64,000 bases of DNA from positions 1-64,000 of the forward strand of contig JAULAX010000018.1 in assembly GCA_032654565.1 (NCBI GenBank), read 5' to 3'. Positions 47,797 to 57,765 of the stretch are shown in pieces. Position 1 is the first letter of the stretch; each line of letters opens with the position of its first letter. The notes beneath the pieces are model-generated. The model had not been told where the DNA came from, ran no database searches, and saw only the letters and a list, made by a program, of their open reading frames with translations. The DNA comes from Anaeromyxobacteraceae bacterium. Lineage in GTDB: Bacteria > Myxococcota > Myxococcia > Myxococcales > Anaeromyxobacteraceae. Both the position numbers and the translations under genes were made by a program.

Positions 47797-48939
47797 CTAG
47801 AAGGCCTCGCCGAGGTTGAAGTAGAGGTTGGCGCCGTCCTGGCCCGCGCCGACGTCCAGGCGGACATTGAGGCCGTCATCGGTGAGCCGGTAGCGGAGGC
47901 CGGCCCCGGCCGCGGGGCGGATGGTCCGGGACTCGAAGCCTGAGAGCCGGTGGGCAACGTCGGAGAGCCCGGCGAAGAGGGCGGCGCCGAACCGGCCGGC
48001 GACAGGAAAGCGGATCTCGGCTTGGCCCGAGTAGAGCACGTGGTCGCGCCAGCGCCCCTCGTAGTAGCCCCGCAGGTTTCTGTCCCCGCCCAGCCGGGGC
48101 AGGAGCGTGACCGGAACGTCACCGTGCGCCAGCTCGAAGTGGCCGGCCAGGCCCAGCACCACCGCACGCCACAGGGGCAGGAACTGGCGGGCGTCGAGCG
48201 CGCCGCGGCCGAAGCGGAGCCGGTCGCCGAAGACACCGGGCGACAGGAGGTACCAGGCCTCCACCGAGTTGCCGCTCCCAGGGGCGAAGCGGTTGTCACG
48301 AGTGTCCCAGGTGAGGCTCCAGCCCAGGCCGGTCGAGGCGTAGCCGCCAAGACCGGCCATGGTGCCGGACGCGAGCAGGCCGCCCGGAACCAGGTCCCGG
48401 AACGACTCCTGCCGGAACCAGGCCCTGGGACCGCTGCGCAGGCGACCGGGGATCAGGTACCACTCAGGGGCGAGCTGGGCCTCGAACGAGGCCGAGGTGA
48501 AGCCCTCCCTGGCGCTCCGCGGGGTGTCGTCGCCGACGCCATAGAAGACGTCGGGGTAGCGGGAGAGGCGCAGCGACCCGCCGATGGCCATGGCGCTGGA
48601 GGGGAACAGCTGGGTCTGGAGGGCGAAGAGTGCCTGATGCCTGGCGGTGCCGGTGCCCACGACCTGCACGTCGGAGACCTGGAGCGCAGGCTCGAAGCGG
48701 AAATGGACGCCGCCCATGGCGCCCAGGCCGAGCCGCGTCTCCGGCATGTAGAAGGCCACCGGGATGGCGAACCAGCTGGATGGCGGCGACGGTGCGGCGG
48801 CGGCGCCAGGGCTCGTGGCACGATCGTCCTCGACGGGGCGCGCGGCCGAGGGCGCAGTGAGGGTCATGCCGACGGCCAGCAGCGCCGCGAACGTGGCCGC
48901 CGAGACCGGCGGAGTCCGAGGGTGGAGAGTGGCGCTCAC
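47797..48939 (-). CDS. BamA/TamA (Omp85)-like barrel-only outer membrane protein
   Basis: Signal peptide; YMPETRLG; WDTRDN; LRGYYEGRWRD; C-terminal YFNLGEAF. Confidence 0.88.
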   Translation of the reverse strand: MSATLHPRTPPVSAATFAALLAVGMTLTAPSAARPVEDDRATSPGAAAAPSPPSSWFAIPVAFYMPETRLGLGAMGGVHFRFEPALQVSDVQVVGTGTARHQALFALQTQLFPSSAMAIGGSLRLSRYPDVFYGVGDDTPRSAREGFTSASFEAQLAPEWYLIPGRLRSGPRAWFRQESFRDLVPGGLLASGTMAGLGGYASTGLGWSLTWDTRDNRFAPGSGNSVEAWYLLSPGVFGDRLRFGRGALDARQFLPLWRAVVLGLAGHFELAHGDVPVTLLPRLGGDRNLRGYYEGRWRDHVLYSGQAEIRFPVAGRFGAALFAGLSDVAHRLSGFESRTIRPAAGAGLRYRLTDDGLNVRLDVGAGQDGANLYFNLGEAF

Positions 48940-49086
48940 GGCGAATCCCTAGCCGGAGGACGGCCCGGCCAGCCAGCGCAGCCATGCAGACCGGGGCGGC
49001 ATGGATGCAACCGGCCAGGGCCTTGGTTGCCAGGCGAGATCCGGCGTCGTTCGCCGCGGCAGTCCGGGGAGGGTGGGCGGAGGTGA

Positions 49087-49427
49087 CCTAGCCGGTGGCC
49101 AGCAAGGCGTCCGGCCACGGCTTCGCTGGTCACCACCCAGACCACGCCCTCCAGCCGCTCATCGGCCCGGTCGGCCAGCCGTCGCATGGCCAGGATGTTC
49201 GCCTCCACCCGCTCGGCCGCCTCGACGACCCGGCGGCCCACCTCGGTGGGGCGATGGCCTGCCAAGGTGCGGTCGAAGATCCGCGCCCCCACGTCGCCCT
49301 CGAGCGCCCGGATGGTCCGGCTCACCGTGGACGGATCGACGCCCAGCCCGCGGGCGGCCCGCTCCAGGGAGCCCTGGCGCGCCAGCGCCAGCACGAACTG
49401 CAGCGAGTTCCAGTTCAGGTCTTGCAT
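49087..49427 (-). pseudogene. Truncated LysR regulator (paralog 2; HTH and linker only)
   Basis: MQDLNWNSLQFVLALARQGSL...ADRADERLEGVVWVVTSEA, then similarity is lost; the ORF runs on to 48936 without an effector domain. Confidence 0.8.
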
Positions 49428-49514
49428 GTGCACCTCTTCCCCCGCCGGCGGCCGCTCGACGTTTCGGGACGGCCGGACCAGCCTGGCGCCTCCGGGGGCG
49501 CGGGGGGCGCGCGC

Positions 49515-49574
49515 CATACGGGGGCGTATGCACGCTAGCGCCTCCCACCGATGCCGTCAATACGGTAGCGTATG
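49515..49574. promoter_or_regulatory. Two palindromic candidate TetR operators flanking a minus-strand sigma70-like promoter
   Basis: CATACG-GGGG-CGTATG (49515-30), AATACG-GTAG-CGTATG (49559-74); TTGACG-N17-TAGCGT on the minus strand. Confidence 0.75.
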
Positions 49575-50138
49575 GCCACCATGACCGGCCCCGTCACGCG
49601 CGAACGCTGGATCGACGCCGCCCTCGACACGCTGGCGCGGGACGGGCTGGGCGGCGTCGGGGTCGAGCCGATCGCCCGCCTGCTCCACGTCACCAAGGGG
49701 AGCTTCTACTGGCACTTCAAGGATCGCGCCGACCTGCTCCGGGCCATGCTGGTGAGGTGGGAGCAGGTCATGACCAAGGCCCTCATCGGCCAGGCGGAGG
49801 CGGCCGGTGAGACCGCACAGGACCGGCTGAGGGTGCTCTTCCGCCTCTCCTTCGAGAAGCGGGCCGTGCCGCTGGAGATGGCGCTGCGGGACTGGGGACG
49901 GCGGGAGCCATTCGTCACCAGGGCCGTCGCCCGGGTCGACCGGCGCCGCCTGCGCTACCTGGAGCGGCTCTTCGGCGGGCTTGGGCTCGAGCCCGGCGAC
50001 GCCCGGGCCCGGGCCTTCCTGGCCTACTCGAGCCTCTTCGGCACCCACATCATCAGCGTGACGGCGCCACGGCACCGCGAGGACACCTTCAGGCGCTGCC
50101 GGGCGCTGCTGCTGCGGGTGGGCCCGGGAAGCCCATGA
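49572..50138 (+). CDS. TetR/AcrR family regulator
   Basis: WIDAALDTL..VEPIARLLHVTKGSFYWHFKDR. Confidence 0.93.
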   Translation: MATMTGPVTRERWIDAALDTLARDGLGGVGVEPIARLLHVTKGSFYWHFKDRADLLRAMLVRWEQVMTKALIGQAEAAGETAQDRLRVLFRLSFEKRAVPLEMALRDWGRREPFVTRAVARVDRRRLRYLERLFGGLGLEPGDARARAFLAYSSLFGTHIISVTAPRHREDTFRRCRALLLRVGPGSP

Positions 50139-50212
50139 CCCTTCGCCGATCCTCCCCGGCGCTGGCGCCCTGCCCGCGCTCCGGAGACCACCCCGGAGGA
50201 AGGCGGACGCGC

Positions 50213-50290
50213 ATGGAGATCACAACGACGGACTGGCAGACGATTCGCGGCATCTTCCACGATGGCTTCTCGACGGGCTTCCACTTCGCG
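50213..50290 (+). pseudogene. N-terminal relic of a paralog of the 45073-45600 FMN-binding gene
   Basis: MEITTTDWQTIRGIFHDGFSTGFHFA versus LEITSADWQVIRRIFRDGFASNFQFS; similarity ends after about 26 codons. Confidence 0.7.
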
Positions 50291-50445
50291 GCAGTACCTC
50301 GAGCTGGAGTTCCCGCGCACGCCGGCCAGCCTCCAGGATGTCATGGTCACGACGCTGCTCCAGATGGGCTGCCAGCCCAGGGGCAGGCGCAGGCAGAAGC
50401 ACTTCGTCCGGAGCCCACCCATTCCGGCATGAGACCCGGACCTGC

Positions 50446-51651
50446 CTACGGCATCGAGAGGCTGCGCAGGACCGAGACGCTCGGGTAGAGCACCAGCCCG
50501 TCGTACTGCCGTCCCAGGGGGAGGACGTGCACGTCCCGCCCGTAGTCGACCTTGATGTCCCGGCTGGAGAAGACCGGATCGGTGAGGGGGAGCCAGGCCA
50601 GGCGGCCGGCCGCCTGCTCGGCGAGGATCCGGGTGAGGCTGTTGTCCGGGTCCTCGGCGATGACGTCGAAGCTCCAGGGGACCGTGTCGAAATAGCTCGA
50701 GAGCCGCAGGCCCCGAGCCCCGGCGAAGGCGATCGACACCAGACCGGCCGGGTCGCCCCCGTAGGTCTCGGGGTGGTGCGCCAGCCAGGTCCCCACCACC
50801 TGGGCGACTGGACCGGAGCGCGTCTCCTTCTGGGCGTGGGTCATGCCGCAGTCCACCGCCACGCTGGCGTTGCCGGCCGCCGAGAGGGCCGCCGAGATGC
50901 GCTCCACGATGATGACCTCTCGCGCCGCGTAGTCCATCCTGGCGCGGAGCGGCTGGCTGCGGCGCTCGACCTCCACCAGTTCGGCGAGCTGCGCGAAGCG
51001 TCCCGTCCCCAGGGCCCCCTCCAGCGCCACGCGGCCGACGGCCAGCCTGGCGGGGAGCGCCTGGAGGGCGGCCAGGTAGGCCGGGGAGTCGGGCGCGGCG
51101 GCCATGATCTCGTCCAGCTCGGCCACCGGCCCGAAGCGGGCCTGGAACTCGGCGACGCCGGTCCTGAAGTGGATGGACCAGTGATTCATGTCGAACCCTG
51201 CGTAGTGGATCCGCTCCACCTCCGGGAGGCCGGCGTTGAAGGCCCGCAGGCCGTCGAGGAACGCCTTGTCGAGCTGCGCCAGTGGCCGGGCCAGGATGTC
51301 GCTCCGGCCCATCACGTACTCCTCGCCGGTCCAGGCGGTGGCGTGGGACATCTCGTCGACCAGGGTGCGGAAGCCCGCGGCGTGGAGCCCTGGCAGGAGC
51401 GCCACCAGCAGCTGCTGGTGCTCCTCCACGTAGTGGGTCTCGCCGAAGAGCACCAGCCTGGAGGCCGACAGGCGGGCCACCAGCGCGTCGGACACCGCGC
51501 CCGGGGCGGTGAAGGTGGCGTCCCGCGCCACGATGGGCTCGAGCACGGCGCGAGGCTCGCCCTGCGGCTGGACGTGGTCGAGGGCAGAACAACCCAGGAG
51601 CAGGGCGAGTGCTGCGAGCGCGGCGCCTCCAGGGCGGAAACGGGTCCTCAT
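50446..51651 (-). CDS. Erythromycin esterase (EreA/ChaN)-like lipoprotein
   Basis: LLGC lipobox; LVLFGETHY; GFRTLVDE; AGFDM; RE; G.THAQK; YDGLV. Confidence 0.72.
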   Translation of the reverse strand: MRTRFRPGGAALAALALLLGCSALDHVQPQGEPRAVLEPIVARDATFTAPGAVSDALVARLSASRLVLFGETHYVEEHQQLLVALLPGLHAAGFRTLVDEMSHATAWTGEEYVMGRSDILARPLAQLDKAFLDGLRAFNAGLPEVERIHYAGFDMNHWSIHFRTGVAEFQARFGPVAELDEIMAAAPDSPAYLAALQALPARLAVGRVALEGALGTGRFAQLAELVEVERRSQPLRARMDYAAREVIIVERISAALSAAGNASVAVDCGMTHAQKETRSGPVAQVVGTWLAHHPETYGGDPAGLVSIAFAGARGLRLSSYFDTVPWSFDVIAEDPDNSLTRILAEQAAGRLAWLPLTDPVFSSRDIKVDYGRDVHVLPLGRQYDGLVLYPSVSVLRSLSMP

Positions 51652-52006
51652 CTCAATGCTCCCTTCTTCCCAGATTCCGAACCGCCATGTCACGGCGCGC
51701 CTGGCAGGGCCGCTCGCCGACCTCGCCGCGGTCTGGCCGATCTGGCACTGAAAGCGCTTCCGAACCTATCGCGGGGGCGGGGTGGCCGCCTTGCAGGGGG
51801 CCTGGTCCCGTCTTGCGATCCTGCGGGCGGCCCCGCCGTCTTCGGTGACCTCCGGGGAGCTGGCGGCTGAAGCCTGGGCCACCTTCAGGCCCCCGTGCCC
51901 TGGCGCCGGTGCGGTCTTGCACCGTTGCGGGTGCGGATCGTACCTGGATCGGGGAGAGTCGCCCCGGTCGGCACGGGCTCGGCCAGCCAGTCAGGAGGGA
52001 GGCTTC

Positions 52007-52420
52007 ATGAGATCGGTTGCCGAAGGGACCAGCCGGCGGTGGTTCCTGCTCAGCGCGGTGCTCCTGGCGGCCCATGAGGTGGACTCCGGCGGCTGGCGCG
52101 AGTGGGAGCTCCTGGGTCTTCCGGGAGGCCCCCAGCTCTTCGTGGTCCTCCACCTCGGGATCTTCCTCCTGCTCTTCTGGGGCTACGGGGAGGCGATCAG
52201 GGGGAGCCGTGCCGGCCACTGGATGTCCTGGGTGGTCGCCGGGGCGGCCCTCTTCGCCGCCAGCCTCCACGGCCTGCTCCTGGCCCTCGGCCACCCCCGC
52301 TTCACCACCCCGGTCTCCATCGCCCTCCTCGCCGGCCTGGGGATCTCCGGGGCGGCGCAGCTGGCCGCCTCGCTGGGCTCCACCCGGGCCCAGGCGAGGC
52401 CCGCGACGGGCAGGCCATGA
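52007..52420 (+). CDS. Small 4-TM membrane protein
   Basis: AGGAGG RBS; AHEVDSGGWREWELLGLPGG..LH..H conserved-looking pattern. Confidence 0.75.
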   Translation: MRSVAEGTSRRWFLLSAVLLAAHEVDSGGWREWELLGLPGGPQLFVVLHLGIFLLLFWGYGEAIRGSRAGHWMSWVVAGAALFAASLHGLLLALGHPRFTTPVSIALLAGLGISGAAQLAASLGSTRAQARPATGRP

Positions 52421-53250
52421 TCCCTCCGCCGAGCCTCCCCGGTTCCGGGCCCACGCCCGCGCTCCGGGCCGAGGGGCTGACCAAGCGGTTCGGCGACCTG
52501 GTGGCGGTGGGAGGGGTCGGGCTCGAGGTTCGCAGTGGCGAGGTGCTGGCGCTGCTGGGGCCGAACGGCGCCGGCAAGACCACCACCCTGCGGATGCTGG
52601 CCGGCCTGCTCCGTCCCGACCAGGGCCGGACGCTGATCGACGGCCGCCTGCTCGAGATGGGTTCGGCCGAGAGCCGCCGGATCGGGGTCTGCCCGCAGCG
52701 GATCATCGTCTGGGAGCGGCTCACCTGCCTCGAGCAGCTCACCTTCCTGGGGGCCATGTACGGGGTGGCGCGGACCGCCGCCGGGCAGCGCGCCCGCTCC
52801 CTCCTGGCCGACCTCGGCCTGGCCGAGAAGGCCGGGGCCCAGGCCCGCCTGCTCTCCGGCGGCATGCGGCGGCGTCTCAACCTGGCGCTGGCCCTGGTCC
52901 ACGACCCGGACATCCTCTTCCTCGACGAGCCCGAGGCGGGGCTGGATCCGCAGTCGCGGCTGCTGCTCCGCGACTACCTCCGCCAGCTCTCCCTCACCCG
53001 GGCCATCGTGCTCACCACGCACGACATGGACGAGGCCGACCGGCTCGCCAGCCGGGTCGCCATCATCGATCGCGGGGTCATCCTGGCCGAGGGGACCCAG
53101 GCCGAGCTGAAGCGCCGGCTGGCCGACGCCGAGGCGCTGGAGGTGGAGCCGGCCGAGGCGCCTTCCGACCCGGCGCGCCAGCGCCTCCTCCCGCAGCCGA
53201 CGCTCGAGGACGTCTTCCTGGCCCTCACCGGGCGGAGGCTGCGCGAATGA
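52417..53250 (+). CDS. ABC-2 transporter ATP-binding protein
   Basis: GPNGAGKTT, LSGGMRRR, FLDEP, TTHDMDE, TLEDVFL. Confidence 0.95.
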   Translation: MIPPPSLPGSGPTPALRAEGLTKRFGDLVAVGGVGLEVRSGEVLALLGPNGAGKTTTLRMLAGLLRPDQGRTLIDGRLLEMGSAESRRIGVCPQRIIVWERLTCLEQLTFLGAMYGVARTAAGQRARSLLADLGLAEKAGAQARLLSGGMRRRLNLALALVHDPDILFLDEPEAGLDPQSRLLLRDYLRQLSLTRAIVLTTHDMDEADRLASRVAIIDRGVILAEGTQAELKRRLADAEALEVEPAEAPSDPARQRLLPQPTLEDVFLALTGRRLRE

Positions 53251-54410
53251 AGGTCCTCCTGGTGGCCTGGAAGAGCCTGGTCGAGCAGCTCCGCGACGTG
53301 CGGAACATGCTCCTGGCGGTGAGCCTGCCGGCCGGCTTCATGGTGATGTTCGCGCTGCCCTACGCCGGGGGGCTGCCGACCTACCGCGTCGTGGTCCATG
53401 ACCAGGACCGCGGCGCCACCGGCCCAGGCGGCGCACCGCTCCGGGCCACGCAGCGGCTCACCGAGGCGCTGCGGGCGGTGAAGTACCCCGACGGCAAGCC
53501 GGTGCTGGAGCTGCGCCCGTCGACCCGGCCGGAGGCGGAGCGGGCGCTCGGCGCCGCCCAGGCGGCGCTGCTCCTCGAGGTCGCGCCCGACTTCTCCGAG
53601 CGCGTCGCGGCGGGAGATCCCCGGGCGGCGACGGCGCTGACGCTGGCCGGCGACCCCTCCAGCCCGGCCTTCGTCTCGGCGCGCTGGGTGGTCGACGACG
53701 TCATCCAGGCGACGGTGGCCTCGCTGCAGGGCGTCCCACCCCCCGGGCACGCCGTTACCCGCCTGCTGGGTGATGGCGTGGCCCGCACCGAGTACGACTA
53801 CGTCGCCCCGGGGGTCATCGTCTTCGCCGTCCTGCTGCTGGTGGCGCAGACGGCCATGCTGATGGTGGCCGAGTTCCAGGGCGGCACGCTGCAGCGCTAC
53901 CAGCTCTCCGGCGCGGGGGCCGGCGTGCTCTTCGCCGGCGTCTCGCTCTCGCAGATGGTCATCGCGGCGGTCCAGGTGCCCCTGATGACCGGGGTGGCGC
54001 TGCTGATGGGGTTCAACGCCGTGGGTTCGATCCTGGCGGCGATCCTGATCGCCTTGATCCTGAGCCTGGGCGCGGTCGGGCTGGGGCTGCTGGTCGCCTG
54101 CGTGGCGCGCACCCCGGCCGAGGCGTCCAACCTGGGGGCTGGCGTCCTGCTGGCGGTGACCTTCCTCTCCGGCGCGTTCTTCCCGGTCCCGGAGCTGGCC
54201 TTCGTCCAGGCCTTCGGCAGGGAGCTCGGCCCCTGGCACCTGTTCGCGGCCAAGCACGCCTACGACGCGATCCGCCAGGTGCTGGTCCACGGCGCCGGGC
54301 TGGGCGACCTGGCCTTCGAGCTCTCCGCCACGGCCGTGCTCTCGGCCGCCTCCCTGGCCATCGGCGTCATGGTGTATGGCAGGACCCGGCTGCGCGCCGC
54401 GCTGGAGTGA
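53247..54410 (+). CDS. ABC-2 transporter permease
   Basis: N-terminal TM, periplasmic loop, YDYVAPG, FLSGAFFP. Confidence 0.9.
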   Translation: MKVLLVAWKSLVEQLRDVRNMLLAVSLPAGFMVMFALPYAGGLPTYRVVVHDQDRGATGPGGAPLRATQRLTEALRAVKYPDGKPVLELRPSTRPEAERALGAAQAALLLEVAPDFSERVAAGDPRAATALTLAGDPSSPAFVSARWVVDDVIQATVASLQGVPPPGHAVTRLLGDGVARTEYDYVAPGVIVFAVLLLVAQTAMLMVAEFQGGTLQRYQLSGAGAGVLFAGVSLSQMVIAAVQVPLMTGVALLMGFNAVGSILAAILIALILSLGAVGLGLLVACVARTPAEASNLGAGVLLAVTFLSGAFFPVPELAFVQAFGRELGPWHLFAAKHAYDAIRQVLVHGAGLGDLAFELSATAVLSAASLAIGVMVYGRTRLRAALE

Positions 54411-54432
54411 GGGGCCGCCCGCCGCCGAGATC

Positions 54433-55005
54433 ATGCTCTACCCCTACACACGCACCGCCGCCCCGCGCCCGGCCAGCGGGATCGACGCCTGGACCGGCCC
54501 GGGCTGGCGCCTGGTGGAGCGCCATGAGCTGCAGGTCGAGGCGCCTCCCGAGGCGGCGCTCCAGGCTCTGGCCAGCACGCCCCTGCGCGAACTCCCGGCG
54601 GTGACGGCGCTCTTCGCACTGCGCGGGCTCCGCTTCGACCGGGAGGCGACGCTCCGGGAGTTCTTCAGCACCCGTCCCTTCATGCTCCTGGCGGAGGAGC
54701 CGGGACGGGAGCTGGTCTTTGGCGTGCTCAGCCCGGCCGCGGAGCCGGACGGAAGCCGCCGCTGGCCGGCGACGCCCGCGGAGTTCGTCCACGCGGCGGT
54801 CCGGGCGCCGCTGGGCGCCGTGGTCAACTTCCGCGCCGAGCCGGCGGCGGGAGGGACCCGACTCTGGACCGAGACCAGCGTCCGGACCAGCGGCACCGCG
54901 GCCGGCCTCCGCTTCGCCGCCTACTGGCTGGCCATCGGCCCCTGGAGCGCCTGGATGCGCAGGCTCTTCCTGCGGGTGGCGCGGGCCAGGGCCGAGAGGC
55001 GTTGA
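54433..55005 (+). CDS. Hypothetical protein (DUF2867-like)
   Basis: ERH, LFALRG, TETSVRT, FAAYW..IGPWS..MRR. Confidence 0.7.
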   Translation: MLYPYTRTAAPRPASGIDAWTGPGWRLVERHELQVEAPPEAALQALASTPLRELPAVTALFALRGLRFDREATLREFFSTRPFMLLAEEPGRELVFGVLSPAAEPDGSRRWPATPAEFVHAAVRAPLGAVVNFRAEPAAGGTRLWTETSVRTSGTAAGLRFAAYWLAIGPWSAWMRRLFLRVARARAERR

Positions 55006-55166
55006 GCCGAACCGCGGGGCGGGCCAGTCCGGTCTGTCCGGGTTGCGACGCTCCCGGCGCTGCCTTGCAGGGATGTGGCTGACCGCGGCTTGCCGGCGCC
55101 ACTAGGCTGCGCGGAAGAAGTCGAGGCCATCATCGGTCCCACTCGCAGCACGTCCCGGTGGAGTTC

Positions 55167-55889
55167 ATGTCCTTCCAGGCCATCGTCGCAGAAGTGGATC
55201 CTTCCGGCGTCGGGGTCATCACGCTCAACCGCCCGGCCAAGCTCAACGCGCTCACCATCGAGCTGCGCCGGGAGATCTCGGCCTGCCTGGCGGCCTGGGA
55301 GGCCGACGCTGCGGTCCAGGCGGTGATCTTCACTGGCGCCGGGCGGGCCTTCAGCGCCGGGTTCGACATCGAGGAGTTCCAGCAGCCAACGCTCTGGGAG
55401 GAGATCCTGGCGACCTCGACGGCCTACCACCGCGACGTCTGGTACTTCCCCAAGCCGACCATCGCCGCCGTCAACGGCCTGGCCGCCGGCGGCGGCTTCG
55501 ATCTGGCCACCCTCTGCGACCTGCGCATCGGCTCGGCGCAGGCCTGGTTCTCCCACCCGGAGCTCCTCCACGGGGCCCCGCCGCTCTTCACGCCGCTCCG
55601 CTGGCTGGTGGGCGACGCCGCCGCCCGCGACCTCTGCCTGACCCGCCGCCGCGTCCAGGCCGACGAGGCGCTCCGGCTCAACCTCGTGAGCCAGGTGGTC
55701 GCCCCCGACGTGCTCCTGGACTCGGCGCGCGCCCTGGCGCGGCTGATCCTGGAGGCCCCGGCGGACGCGGTCCGGTTCACCAAGGAGCGCATCTCGCGGA
55801 GCGGCGGGGAGGGGTTCGACCGCTGCTTCGCCGAGGAGCACGACCGGGCCTTCAGCGAGCTGATCCTCTCCCCCCGGCGCTGGACCTGA
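55167..55889 (+). CDS. Enoyl-CoA hydratase/isomerase family protein
   Basis: ITLNRPAKLNAL, AFSAGFD, KPTIAAVNG.A.GGG. Confidence 0.93.
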   Translation: MSFQAIVAEVDPSGVGVITLNRPAKLNALTIELRREISACLAAWEADAAVQAVIFTGAGRAFSAGFDIEEFQQPTLWEEILATSTAYHRDVWYFPKPTIAAVNGLAAGGGFDLATLCDLRIGSAQAWFSHPELLHGAPPLFTPLRWLVGDAAARDLCLTRRRVQADEALRLNLVSQVVAPDVLLDSARALARLILEAPADAVRFTKERISRSGGEGFDRCFAEEHDRAFSELILSPRRWT

Positions 55890-56793
55890 CCGGCGCCTCC
55901 TCGCCGCGCAGCGCCACGGCCTGGGACTGGATCTCGGCGGTGAGGTGCTCGGTGAAGGCGCGGATGCGGCCGATGCGGCGGGAGTCGCGGTGGAGCACCA
56001 GCCAGAGCTCGCGGGTCACCACCTCCTCGGGCCCGAGCAGGCGGACCAGCCCGGCCTCGCGGTCGGCGATGTAGCAGGGGAGCACGGCCAGCCCGAGCCC
56101 GCCCAGGGCGGCGGGGAGGAGCAGGTCGACGCGGTTGGCGCGCAGGGCGAAGCGGGCCCCTCCAGCCCGATCCTCGAGCCAGCGCGCCTCCGGCATCGCC
56201 GCCAGGCTGGCGTGGTAGCCGAGCAGGTCATGGCCGCGGGTCGGCTCGGCGGGATCGAAGGGGCGCTGGGCCAGGTAGCCGGGTGAGGCGTACAGGCCGT
56301 GGCCGAGGATGGCGATCCGGCGCGAGGCCAGCTGGGCCTGGGCGGGGCGGACGAAGCGGACGGCCAGGTCGGCCTCCTGGCGGATCAGGCTGGCGGCCCG
56401 GTTGTCGGCCACCAGCTCGAAGTCCACGTGCGGGTGCTGGCGCCGGAAGCTGCTGAGGATGGCGGAGAGGTAGTGCCGTCCGAAGGCGTCGCTGGTGGCG
56501 ATGCGCACCACCCCCTCGAGCCGCTGGTCGGCCTGGGAGGCCTCGCGCTCCATCGACGCGATGTCCGCCTCGACGCGCTCTGCCGTCTCGAGCAGCCGCT
56601 GGCCCACCGCGGTGAGCCGGTGGCCGGTGGCGGTCCGGTCGAAGACCCGCGCCCCGATGTCGCGCTCCAGCGCCCGGACCCGCCGGCTCACCGTCGAGGG
56701 GTCCACCGAGAGCTCCTCGGCGGCGCGGTCGAGGGCCTGGTGGCGCGCCAGCGCCAGGATGAACTGCAAGCCGTTCCAGTCGAGGTTGGCCAT
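55852..56793 (-). CDS. LysR family regulator (paralog 3)
   Basis: MANLDWNGLQFILALAR..DPSTVSRRVRALE; close similarity to 15492-16475 over the full length. Confidence 0.95.
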   Translation of the reverse strand: MANLDWNGLQFILALARHQALDRAAEELSVDPSTVSRRVRALERDIGARVFDRTATGHRLTAVGQRLLETAERVEADIASMEREASQADQRLEGVVRIATSDAFGRHYLSAILSSFRRQHPHVDFELVADNRAASLIRQEADLAVRFVRPAQAQLASRRIAILGHGLYASPGYLAQRPFDPAEPTRGHDLLGYHASLAAMPEARWLEDRAGGARFALRANRVDLLLPAALGGLGLAVLPCYIADREAGLVRLLGPEEVVTRELWLVLHRDSRRIGRIRAFTEHLTAEIQSQAVALRGEEAPVRSSAGGRGSAR

Positions 56794-56852
56794 GGACCCC
56801 TCCCCTGGGTGCGACGCTACGCCTTCCCGCCGGTCGATCTCAACAGGGTGCG

Positions 56853-57413
56853 TCAGCTGGCCAGGAAGCGCTCGGTCCGCGCCCAGGCTTCGGCGGCAGC
56901 GGCGGGCTCGTGGTCGGGGAGGTCGGGGTCGGTGAAGAGGTGGCCACCCCGGTAGAAGTGGAGCTCCACCTGCGCGCCCATGGCCTCCAGCGCGGTGCGC
57001 CAGGCCAGCGCCCCGGCGCGCGGCTCCCAGGGATCATCCGCAGCGAGATGGGCCTGCACCTGCCAGCGGGCCGGCAGCGCCGCGGGCGGCTCGGCCAGGC
57101 CATGGAAGAGGAGGAGGCGGGAGAAGCGGGCGTCCTGCGTCGCGAGCCGCAGGGCCAGCGAGGCGCCCATCGAGTAGCCGGCCAGCACCGTCCCCGGCGG
57201 CGCGCTGGCGACGCCGACCTGGGCCAGGCTGAGGAGCTGGTCGCGACCGACCCGGTCGCGCAGGGCCAGGGCCTCCTGGAGCGTGCCGGCGACCTGGCCG
57301 CCGTAGAGGTCAGGGGTCTCGACCCGGTGCCCCAGGCCGCGCAGCCGCCCGGCGGCGGCCCGGACGGCGGGGCGAAGCCCGTAGGCCGAGTGGAATAGGA
57401 AGATGTCGCTCAC
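56853..57413 (-). CDS. Dienelactone hydrolase family protein
   Basis: LFHSAYGL, PDLYGG, GYSMG, DDPW, GHLFTD. Confidence 0.88.
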   Translation of the reverse strand: MSDIFLFHSAYGLRPAVRAAAGRLRGLGHRVETPDLYGGQVAGTLQEALALRDRVGRDQLLSLAQVGVASAPPGTVLAGYSMGASLALRLATQDARFSRLLLFHGLAEPPAALPARWQVQAHLAADDPWEPRAGALAWRTALEAMGAQVELHFYRGGHLFTDPDLPDHEPAAAAEAWARTERFLAS

Positions 57414-57666
57414 GGCGAGCTCCCGGGCGCGGCTGGATGGGGCTGCGTTGTCAGCTGGAGAGCCTAGCTCGACGAGGAACTGCCAGCGAAGGTCATGGAT
57501 TCCGATCGTCCGGGGCCCGGCGCGGATGCAACGCCGACTTGTAGGAAAGGGGCTGGTGGCCCACCCGCGACGGGTGGCAGGTTGCGCGCCGGTCGGCCCA
57601 TCGCTGGCCAGCCCAAGCCAGCGGGTGCTCCGCGTGGGGCGGGCCTGGCTCGATGAGGAGCCGGTT

Positions 57667-57765
57667 GATGGCGTCGCCGCGGACGCCATCCGGTCAGCCG
57701 ACCGCGGGGATGTGACGCCCGAGGATTCCCCCCCTCCCTTCGGGCAGCGTCTCCGCGGTCGGCTG
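57667..57765 (+). ncRNA. Candidate structured RNA (two hairpins, the second about 26 bp with a C-rich loop)
   Basis: GATGGCGTC/GACGCCATC stem; CAGCCGACCGCGG/CCGCGGTCGGCTG perfect 13 bp extended by G-U-containing pairs. Confidence 0.4.

Noticed and set aside
57486..57545. Minus-strand RAGPRTIGIHDLR resembling a tyrosine-recombinase box
   Set aside because: Only about 13 residues, no following HT/S motif or other integrase boxes, and the same bases are explained by a TTGC-type promoter box. BLASTx would be needed.
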